From contig OZ024741.1 of the NCBI GenBank assembly GCA_964016885.1, positions 139,810,001 to 139,874,000 of the forward strand: a DNA stretch of 64,000 nucleotides, in the 5' to 3' direction. The notes beneath the pieces were generated by a model that was given only the letters and a program-made list of their open reading frames with translations, had not been told where the DNA came from and searched no databases. The position numbers and the translations under genes were made by a program. The stretch is from Eledone cirrhosa (Eukaryota). Of the stretch, positions 15,297-29,300 are shown piece after piece (within the stretch, counting starts at the first letter, position 1; the number at the start of each line of letters is the position of its first letter).

Positions 15297-15463
15297 TATA
15301 CATATATACATACAGGTACACATACATATATGCACGTATCAGTTTAGCGGACGCTTATTATAACGCCGCTTTGTTCGTTTGTAAACAAACTGAACAGCCT
15401 GAATTTTATGCCGTACGGTGTTAAGGCAACCACGTCACCTGTTTGTTCAACACTGACACAGGA

Positions 15464-15506
15464 ACGATGTACTAGTTTCAAGCTTGTTAGCTATCATCAG
15501 CACCGT
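15464..15506 (-). ncRNA. Minimal type I HHR (array copy 1)
   Basis: Reverse complement of acggtg-CTGATGA-tagctaacaagctt-GAAA-ctag-TA-catcgt. Confidence 0.85.
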
Positions 15507-15945
15507 ATACCCTTCTGCCAGATAGTTGAACGTTCGAAAGTATATATTTTCCTTATGAAAATTAACGGCTGAGCAGCCTAATTTGCATATCGAGTGAGTA
15601 TAGTCGGTCAGGCATACCGAAAACGATAAGTTGAAATAAAATGAAAACGAAATTTCATTTCTCACTCTTAGTACGGCACTTACTTAAATGTAAGCATGTG
15701 TGTATACGTACATACATATATGTATACAGACGTACAGTAGCATGCACATATATACATATATATATATATATACATATATATACATATATACATACAGGTA
15801 CACATACATATATGCACGTATCAGTTTAGCGGACGCTTATTATAACGCCGCTTTGTTCGTTTGTAAACAAACTGAACAGCCTGAATTTTATGCCGTACGG
15901 TGTTAAGGCAACCACGTCACCTTTTTGTTCAACACTGACACAGGA

Positions 15946-15988
15946 ACGATGTACTAGTTTCAAGCTTGTTAGCTATCATCAGCACCGT
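15946..15988 (-). ncRNA. Minimal type I HHR (array copy 2)
   Basis: Same motif as copy 1. Confidence 0.85.
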
Positions 15989-16229
15989 ATACCCTTCTGC
16001 CAGATAGTTGAACGTTCGAAAGTATATACTTTCCTTATGAAAATTAACGGCTGAGCAGCCTAATTTGCATATCGAGTGAGTATAGTCGGTCAGGCATACC
16101 GAAAACGATAAGTTGAAATAAAATGAAAACGAAATTTCATTTCTCACTCTTAGTACGGCACTTACTTAAATGTAAGCATGTGTGTATACGTACATACATA
16201 TATGTATACAGACGTACAGTAGCATGCAC

Positions 16230-16272
<43 letters not shown>

Positions 16273-16439
16273 TATACATATATACATACAGGTACACATA
16301 CATATATGCACGTATCAGTTTAGCGGACGCTTATTATAACGCCGCTTTGTTCGTTTGTAAACAAACTGAACAGCCTGAATGTTATGCCGTACGGTGTTAA
16401 GGCAACCACGTCACCTTTTTGTTCAACACTGACACAGGA

Positions 16440-16482
16440 ACGATGTACTAGTTTCAAGCTTGTTAGCTATCATCAGCACCGT
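16440..16482 (-). ncRNA. Minimal type I HHR (array copy 3)
   Basis: Same motif as copy 1. Confidence 0.85.
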
Positions 16483-16732
16483 ATACCCTTCTGCTAGATA
16501 GTTGAACGTTCGAAAGTATATACTTTCCTTATGAAAATTAACGGCTGAGCAGCCTAATTTGCATATCGAAAGAGTGACAAATGAAATTTCGTTTTCATTT
16601 TATTTCAACTTATCGTTTTCGGTATGCCTGACCGACTATACTCACTCGATATGCAAATTAGGCTGCTCAGCCGTTAATTTTCATAAGGAAAGTATATACT
16701 TTCGAACGTTCAACTATCTCGCAGAAGGGTAT

Positions 16733-16775
16733 ACGGTGCTGATGACAGCTAACAAGCTTGAAACTAGTACATCGT
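16733..16775 (+). ncRNA. Minimal type I HHR (array copy 4)
   Basis: acggtg-CTGATGA-cagctaacaagctt-GAAA-ctag-TA-catcgt. Confidence 0.85.
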
Positions 16776-16948
16776 TCCTGTGTCAGTGTTGAACAAAAAG
16801 GTGACGTGGTTGCCTTAACACCGTACGGCATAAAATTCAGGCTGTTCAGTTTGTTTACAAACGAACAAAGCGGCGTTATAATAAGCGTCCGCTAAACTGA
16901 TACGTGCATATATGTATGTGTACCTGTATGTATATATGTATATATATG

Positions 16949-16979
<31 letters not shown>

Positions 16980-17220
16980 GTGCATGCTACTGTACGTCTG
17001 TATACATATATGTATGTACGTATACACACATGCTTACATTTAAGTAAGTGCCGTACTAAGGGTGAGAAATGAAATTTCGTTTTCATTTTATTTCAACTTA
17101 TCGTTTTCGGTATGCCTGACCGACTATACTCACTCGATATGCAAATTAGGCTGCTTAGCCGTTAATTTTCATAAGGAAAGTATATACTTTCGAACGTTCA
17201 ACTATCTGGCAGAAGGGTAT

Positions 17221-17263
17221 ACGGTGCTGATGATAGCTAACAAGCTTGAAACTAGTACATCGT
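17221..17263 (+). ncRNA. Minimal type I HHR (array copy 5)
   Basis: 6-bp stem I acggtg/catcgt, intact CTGATGA and GAAA, stem II agct/agct, palindromic CTAG stem III, GUA site. Confidence 0.87.
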
Positions 17264-17420
17264 TCCTGTGTCAGTGTTGAACAAAAAGGTGACGTGGTTG
17301 CCTTAACACCGTACGGCATAAAATTCAGGCTGTTCAGTTTGTCTACAAACGAACAAAGCGGCGTTATAATAAGCGTCCGCTAAACTGATACGTGCATATA
17401 TGTATGTGTACCTGTATGTG

Positions 17421-17479
<59 letters not shown>

Positions 17480-17943
17480 GTGCATGCTACTGTACGTCTG
17501 TATACATATATGTATGTACGTATACACACATGCTTTCATATATATATATATATATATATACATAAATATAAATTAGCGAGAATCGTTTTCAGCTCAGGAA
17601 TTAACGAAAATCAACGTCCGATATGTGTGGCAAGCGGTATATGGTTCATATGAATCAGAGCTACGACATATGTTAAGGGCCAAACACACTGAGATGATGG
17701 TTAAACATATGATCCGCAAAGCCAAAACAAACGACCAAGTAATTCGGGTCAAACAATATATATATATGTGTTGATACTTTCCCGGACCCTGGAGTGATGG
17801 TAAAATCCAGTATTGGTTTCTGCGACTACAAAATCAGGTACTGTCCGCCTACATAAAGAATGTTGGGCTTCTGGTGATATGATGAACAAGGCAGTCGTGT
17901 TATCAACGGGTTTTGCTCCAAAATGCTATAGATAGTGTGGCTA

Positions 17944-18091
17944 TTATTTGGAACTCCTTTATCCCTCAATAGCCAGAATCTTTTCGCTAGGTTTGTACAA
18001 GTTCTCATATCAGGTTTCGTTTACACACCGGGTAATTCGACATAGGCGTTCTTCCCTGATTCGTTGTCTCTCAGGTCCAGTAACGCAGACT
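17944..18091. repeat. ~148-bp dispersed repeat, second copy at ~23214-23360, both next to (TA)n
   Basis: atttggaactcctttatccctcaatagc...ctctcaggtccagtaacg shared by both copies. Confidence 0.85.
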
Positions 18092-18145
18092 ACCAGTATA
18101 TATATATATGTGTGTGTGTGTGTATATGCATGTATATATGTATGA

Positions 18146-21954
<3,809 letters not shown>

Positions 21955-21957
21955 TAG

Positions 21958-22029
<72 letters not shown>

Positions 22030-22030
22030 A

Positions 22031-22070
<40 letters not shown>

Positions 22071-22074
<4 letters not shown>

Positions 22075-23165
22075 GAAGCTTGTCCTCATCAGTGGCCATC
22101 CAACCATCGTAGGCATTTCGTCGCATTAGAGGCCATATACTTCAGGTTGGTGCGAGCAGCGGCTAAAGAAAAGTCGTTGCGACAGTAAATAAGGGGGACG
22201 CTAGGGTAAACGAACAAAATGGTTTAAGCACCAGAAAGTAATGAAGAAGGAAACAAGTCCCAGATTTCTATGAATATAAATTCGGTGAAATCGTGAACGA
22301 GAGAATAAAGACCATCAAACCTGGTTGAAATGTGAGCAAAGAAGGAATTTCGCACAGGTCTAACGGGAGGAAGAAGGAGTCTGGTCTGCGAATTCGGTAA
22401 ACATAAGTTCAGTGAAGTCGCAGACGAGAGAGAGTGAGAAAAAAAATTCATACCGGCTTGGCAAAGTGCCCGCGAGAAAAGGAATACGGACAGGTCAAAC
22501 GGGAAGAAAGGTGAGGAGGAGAGGTAGTGACAGAGAGTGAGTGAATGAAAGGTGTGGAAGAGGCTAACAGAGAGAGAGACTGCTAGAAAGGGTAAAAACA
22601 CAAAGAACGAAACAGACTGGTGGCAGCAGAGGAAAAATATATGTGTAAATATGGTAATAATGGAGCTGCGGCGTTGCAAATGGGTTACATATGAAAAAAT
22701 GTGTCCTCATCAGTGGCCATGCAACCGTCGTAGGCATTTCGTCGCATTAGAGGCCATATACCTCAGGTTGGTGCGAGCAACGGCTAAAAAAAAGTCGTTG
22801 GGACACGTAAATAAGGGGGACGCTAGGGTAAATGAACAAAATGGTTTAAGCAGCAGAAAGTTATGAAGAAGAAAACAAGTCCCAGATTTCTATGAATATA
22901 AATTCGGTGAAATCGTGAACGAGAGAATAAAGACCATCAAACCTGGTTGCAATGTGAGCAAGGAAGGAATTTCGCACAGGTCTAACGGGAGGAAGAAGCG
23001 TCCCCCTTATTTACGTGTCCCAACGACTTTTTTTTAGCCGTTGCTCGCACCAACCTGAGGTATATGGCCTCTAATGCGCCGAAATGCCTACGACGGTTGG
23101 ATGGCCCCTGATGAGGACAAACGTTTTCATTTGTAACCCATTTGCGGCGCCGCAGCTCCATTATT

Positions 23166-23170
<5 letters not shown>
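22071..23170. repeat. Partial-tandem (~621-bp period) plus inverted non-coding element in (TA)n; PLE pLTR-like architecture
   Basis: 22082-22377 repeats at 22703-22998; 22997-23170 is an inverted copy of ~22650-22825. Confidence 0.8.
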
Positions 23171-23206
<36 letters not shown>

Positions 23207-23540
23207 TTTCCCTAATTTGGAACTCCTTTATCCCTCAATAGCAAGAATGTTTTCGCCAGGTTTGTACAGGTTCTCATATCAGGTTTCCTTTACACACCGG
23301 GTAATTCGACATAGGAGTTCTTCCCTGATTCGTTGTCTCTCAGGTCCAGTAACGGAGACTTCACATATATATATATTTGGCGATATATGGCTGCGCTTTC
23401 TAGCAGCAAGCCTACCCGCCGTAAGCAACCAATCACACGCTTTCTCTCTGGCTGGTACACAGCTACATAGCGATCTTAGCCATTTTTGAATCTAAATTTG
23501 GCGCGGTCGGTTTGAGAAAATAAATGTCTGATTCTGAGTT

Positions 23541-23620
23541 TATCCCCTGATGAAACCTAACTCAGGATATTTCCATATTATTTGGATGTCCTAAATAAAG
23601 AAAAAACCATGGTAGGGATA
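23541..23620 (+). ncRNA. HHR with extended stem II, G12 apparently mutated
   Basis: tatccc-CTGATGA-...aggatatttcca(tattatt)tggatgtcct...-aAAA-ccatgg-TA-gggata: perfect 6-bp stem I, palindromic stem III. Confidence 0.6.
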
Positions 23621-23905
23621 TAATTACGGTATGTGCGCATTTCTTCTAGGTTTAATTTTACTACTAATTATGTGCGGTTGATGGTATATTTGATCGGATT
23701 CCGCATGCTGCCGAAATGTTTCATAAATAGTGGAACGGAGCCGCCGCGAAGAGGCTACGATCAATTGTTTGTCAGGGATTTCCCCGTAAGAAAATTTATT
23801 CTTAAAGCTTGCTAGATTTGATTTTGTATATGGTTAATTATGCTAATTAGAGGAAGAAATAGTATATATTTTAATATCTGATTGATTCTATAGACATGAT
23901 TTATG

Positions 23906-24056
<151 letters not shown>

Positions 24057-24073
24057 GTATGTATATATGTTTG

Positions 24074-24116
<43 letters not shown>

Positions 24117-24193
24117 CCAAAGAGATATTTAATTTGCTGGTAATTCAACATTTGTATTTATTATAACATATTCGAAGCACTCTACAATTTTCC

Positions 24194-24507
24194 TGATATT
24201 AATAAATAGAAACTATATTTATAAAACCATATTTATTATATTATATATATTTCAACGGTACCAAAAATATTTTGGTACGCTCTCACCAGAAAAAATACAA
24301 AATGTGTTTAATAAATAGTGACACACCCTATAAACCAGACTTTCTCGAACCTGAACCGATAAGGTCTGGTTTATAGTGTATGTCACTATATATAAAACAA
24401 ATTTTATATTTTATCTGGTGAGAGCGTACCAAAGTTTTTTTGGTACCCTTGAAATATATATAAAATAAATATGGTTTTATAAATATAGTTTCCATTTATT
24501 AATATCA
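24194..24507. repeat. ~314-bp imperfect palindrome (fold-back element) between (TA)n tracts
   Basis: ~152-bp arms mirrored about ~24350. Each arm holds ctggtga-gagc-gtaccaaa..tttggtac-..ttgaaa (HHR-like, degenerate). Confidence 0.85.
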
Positions 24508-24533
24508 TTGACATATATATATATATTTATATA

Positions 24534-24662
<129 letters not shown>

Positions 24663-24670
24663 AGATATAG

Positions 24671-24712
<42 letters not shown>

Positions 24713-24878
24713 ATATATATGTATGTATAAAACTATATATATACACAGTTCAAGAGTAACCAATCTTAAATAGAGAGATGGAAATAGGAGAGGAGATAGG
24801 AGAGGAGAGATTAGTGAATTAGTTAGAAGTCAACGCGTAAAGGCATTATTTCCTTATTTTAATTTATATTCCTTTGAA

Positions 24879-24997
24879 GTTCCGATGAGCTACTCTATCT
24901 TTACCTATGTTAATTATTTTTAACTGAACCAGATCAATAATGATATATAATCATTTGATCCACAGATATTATACGGAGTAGCGAAACAATTGTAAAC
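24879..24997 (+). ncRNA. HHR with 94-nt stem II domain
   Basis: gtt-CCGATGA-gctactc...gagtagc-GAAA-caattg-TA-aac; inner hairpin gatcaa-taatgat..atcatt-tgatc; palindromic stem III; GUA site; U4>C variant core. Confidence 0.68.
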
Positions 24998-25139
24998 GGA
25001 CATTATTATTATTAATATTATTATTATTCTCTACATTCCTTACATCAAACTAAAATATGTTGACAATAATGTCTTCCTTGTGAAATTTGTGGTCTTGTTT
25101 TCCTTAACTAATGAAAAAACAAAAAAAATATATATATAT

Positions 25140-26305
25140 CCAGGGAGTGTAACGTGCAGTTACTATAGGTTCACCCAGGTGAGCACTTGATACTTAGATT
25201 CACGTCTGTAACGAGGTGTAGGGCTACACAGTGTGTAAATATAATCATGAAATGACGATTTGTTATGTCTTCATTAAGTTTATTGATTGGTGACACGCGT
25301 TTCGCTATTGATCAGTTGAAGATTCGATCTGGAATCGAAAGCTCGTCGGACCTTTGCTGTGGCAATGAGAAAATTAACACATAAAGCATAGAGGGGTATG
25401 TAACGTTTCACGTTTATATGATAGTCAGTTTCTGTTGTGTTGATTGGTGGTTTATCTACGAGGAATGTTTTGGCATGTGTGATAGGTGGGGGGGGGTAGA
25501 AACATAATGACGAGGTGCTATTGGAGAGCGATGTCTGATATGAGTTACGGGCGTGTGGTGTTTTGGCTTATCATATACATTGTGGCGTGTATGTGATGAG
25601 GCGAAGTGCTGGGTGTTGGTGTGGATGTGGTTGTGCTATGCGTGATAGGGGATGGAGAGTGCGGTGCTGTATTAGTGTTGGGGTGGTTTCTGCTGGTCAT
25701 CGGTTTGTCACAGTGGGGTGAGTGAAAAGGAGGAGGGAGATACATAAGGGAAGTAGGTTACCCTGGGTAAGGTTAGGGTTTTGTTTTGAACTATTTATAT
25801 ATACTTAAAGGGACATTTGCTCTATAATATATTAGTGAAATAATGAATTAAAGGATGAGCTTAGTGTTTGAAAAGACTATAAAAAAATCAAAAGGTTGCT
25901 AATATAACTGTGTGGGTAAAGGCAAGATACAGGTGAAGTGCATATTGTGTAAAAAGAATATATAATGGAATATAGATATACACATGCACCCAGGGACACA
26001 CACGCACATGCACATATATATCAATATAAACATACATGTATAGTTCACCTCCCACACGCATTCGCAGAAGATACACCGAGCTAAACACATATACAATCAT
26101 GAATACAAGTGCACGAGTATGTACATATGGAATGTCCATATTGGTTATCATGTACGCTAATACAGCACCGCACTCTTTAATCTCCCATCCCGCATAACCC
26201 TACCACATCCACAACCACACCCACCACCTTCGCCTCACCACATACGCGCCAAAACAGAGAAACGTGATTCACCAGCCAATAAAGTTGATGAAGACATAAT
26301 AGCTC
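25140..26305. repeat. Old non-coding element with diverged internal inverted repeats
   Basis: ~25582-25680 mirrors ~26153-26250, and ~25261-25303 mirrors ~26258-26300. Confidence 0.6.
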
Positions 26306-26310
26306 TTCCT

Positions 26311-29300
26311 TTTATTATTATTATTATTTGCATTTATCTTGCTTTATGTTTATACGAGTTATCACCAAGTCACAACCAGTGACCTCAAGAGACAACAAGG
26401 TCCGCCATGTTCAAGAAAGAACACACATATTCACACATGCATCCTTAGTGTTTAGACTTGTGATGTACTTATATTGACAGGATCTTCCTTAGTATATGGG
26501 CAGTTCCCATTAGTACTATCTTTTGTATTTCTCCTATACGCGGGTTTCCTGGGATTTGCGATAAGTAGTCGTTAGACCCCTTAGGTATCATTCCCAGAGC
26601 GCCTACAACCACTGGTATTGTTTTAGTTCTCAATTTCCACATTTTTCCAATTTCTATCTCCAGGTCCTTATACTTGCTCAATTTTTCAAATGTTTTTATA
26701 GATACATTCTTGTCTATTGGAACAGACATATCAATTAGCAGGCATACCCTCCTTTGAAAGTCCTTCAATATTATATCAGGTCTATTTGCATCTATTTTTC
26801 GGTCTGTTTGGATGCTAAAGTTCCACAAGATTGAGATGTGATCTTTTTCAAGTATGGGAGGTGGTTGATGCTCCCACCAATTCTTTTGATGGGGCAGGTC
26901 AAAATGCTTGCACATTATCCAATGTATGTATTGTGCAGCTCTGTCATGCCTGTTTAGGTATTCGGTTGGAGCTATAGGACTGCATATTGAAATTATATGG
27001 TCAATGGTCTCTGGTTGTTTTTTGCATACACGGCATAATGGGCTGCACCCATTTTTTATTATGTTGGCTTGGTAATTTTTTGTTGGCAGACACTGATCTT
27101 GTGCGGATATAATCAGTCCTTCAGTCTCCGATTTCAGTCCAGAGGATGCCAACCACTGATGGGTTAAAGTTTTGTCAACATCAGGATTGTTAGCTCGCTC
27201 TGGGTATTTTCCATACAGAGGCTTTTCTTGCCATTTCTTAGCCAGTTTCTGTAGCAGTTCTTTCTTTACAGTTACTTTTACCTGCTTTGCTTTTTCTGTG
27301 TTTTCCATTTCAGCAGTAAATGGGACTTCTGAAATTTGTAGTCCATTACTGTATCTTTGTGCATCTTTTGTAATGGAATATGATCTTTTGGTGCTTTCGT
27401 GTTTCAAAACGAGTTTGATCATCCAATCATGTGATTCCCTTAGATATGTGGATAATCCAATTGTTGCAGTTTTCAACGCAATGTCTAACTGGATTAACCC
27501 ACGTCCTCCTTCTTTCCTAGGGAGATATATTCTATCTATGTCTGCCTTAGGGTGATGCATTCTGTGCATGGTTAAGAATTTTCGGATTTTTGTATCGAGC
27601 CTACGGATCTCTGTGCTTGACCAGTTGATGACATTGTAACTGTAGGTTACTACTGGTATGGCAAGCGTGTTTATGGCATCGATCCTATTCCTTGCATTCA
27701 ATTCCGTTCTTAAGATTGCTCTGACTCTGCGGTAACATTCCTTCCTTATCCTTTCCCTCATTGTCGAGTGCTTGATTCCCTCTCCTTCAAAAACACCTAG
27801 ATATTTGTAAGTTTGTTCTTGATCAAGCTCTCTTATCACGTTCCCCCGATCAAGATTAATGTCTGAACTCTTCAGCAGCTTTCCTCTGGTGAACGTTGCT
27901 TTGGCGCATTTATCCAGTCCAAACTCCATTTTAATGTCATCACTGAACTGCTTCACAGTGGATAATAGCCCTTGCAATTGTTCATCATTTTTTGCAAATA
28001 GTTTCAGGTCATCCATGTAGAACAGGTGATTAATGGTTTTGTCATAGACTCTATATCCATGTTTTGTTTCATTGAGCATTTTACTTAATGGTATAAGTGC
28101 GATGCAGAATAAAAGCGGTGATAAAGAGTCACCCTGAAAAATTCCACAATTAATGTTAACTTCTCCAGCTTCCAGTGAATTTGTTTCACTATTCAAAAGG
28201 AGTGTCGTTCTCCATGTCCTCATACTGAATGACAAAAACCTCCTGATAACGGGGGATATTTTGAAAATCTCTAAACATTTTTCAATCCAACTGTGTGGCA
28301 AACTATCAAATGCTTTTTTATAATCTATCCAAGCAATCGATAGATTTTTGTGTCTATTATGACAATCTTCCAGTATCATTTTGTTAACCAGAAGCTGATC
28401 CTTACAGCCATATGAGCCTCGTTTACACCCTTTCTGCTCAATGGGAAATAGGTCATTTGTTATCAGGTGGTCATATGTGTATTCAGTTAGGACTGATGTT
28501 AAAATTTTATACATTGTGGTCAAGCAGGTTATCGGTCTGTAATTTTTGGGATTGTTTGTCTCATCATTCTTCGGTAGCAGGAATGTAATGCCGTTAACTA
28601 GCCATGATGGTATCTTTTGTGGCTCCTTAACTATTTCATTGTAAAGTTGGGCTAACAGCTCATGAGACTCTGTGAAGGCATTTATCCAAAAGTTTTGTAT
28701 TTTGTCTTTTCCTGGGGATTTCCATTTGCTGGTTTTTCTTAGAGCCAAGCGCAGCTGTTCAACTGTTATATTTTCCCATGTTTGTTCTTCAAGGTGAGCT
28801 GTTTCTTTCATTTGTCTGTCTATCCATGGGGCATGTATGTTATGAACTTTTTCTTCGGCCCAGATCTTTTCCCAGAATTCTTGCACTTCCTCCTTGGGTG
28901 GTATTGATTTAGCAGTTATTGTTGACTTACCAATTTTTCTGTAGAAGTTTCTTTGGTTGTTTTTGAACATATTATTGTCCTTATAGAATCTAGATCGTTT
29001 TTCAAAGCGCCTTATACGAGCAGCTTTGGCCGACACTTTTTGCTTGATTGTTTCTATCAGCATGTCTATGTCACATGTTGATCTTATACTGTACTTTTTT
29101 TTCAATTTTCTAAGTTTAGTTTGTTTAACATGTTCACCTACTTTATAGTTTGTTAAAATTTCTATGTCAGATCGGAGAAGGTTTATTTGGCGATTGATGT
29201 TATCTTGCCAAGTAGATTTCTTGTGGGAATTCCTTTGTTTTTTCATCTTCACTCCACATAAGTGAGTGGTGACTTTAGCCGATGCATAATAGAGATGATT

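Larger units (their letters stand above)
15132..17535. mobile_element. Non-coding ~490-bp HHR-containing tandem + inverted array (retrozyme-like / non-autonomous PLE)
   Basis: About three near-identical units in one orientation (15132-16569) joined to about two in the opposite orientation (16570-17535). HHR spacing is 482, 494 and 488 bp. (TA)n at both ends; no coding homology seen. Confidence 0.9.

Noticed and set aside
15132-17535. CRISPR-like or protein-coding interpretation of the repeated 62-86-aa ORFs
   Set aside because: The units are full near-identical repeats without unique spacers; the ORFs are short, microsatellite-containing and lack motifs.
27172-27555. Antisense ORFs overlapping LINE/PLE coding regions (also 31358-31756, 32229-32591, 37477-37851, 58864-59187)
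   Set aside because: Shadow ORFs of the real opposite-strand frames.
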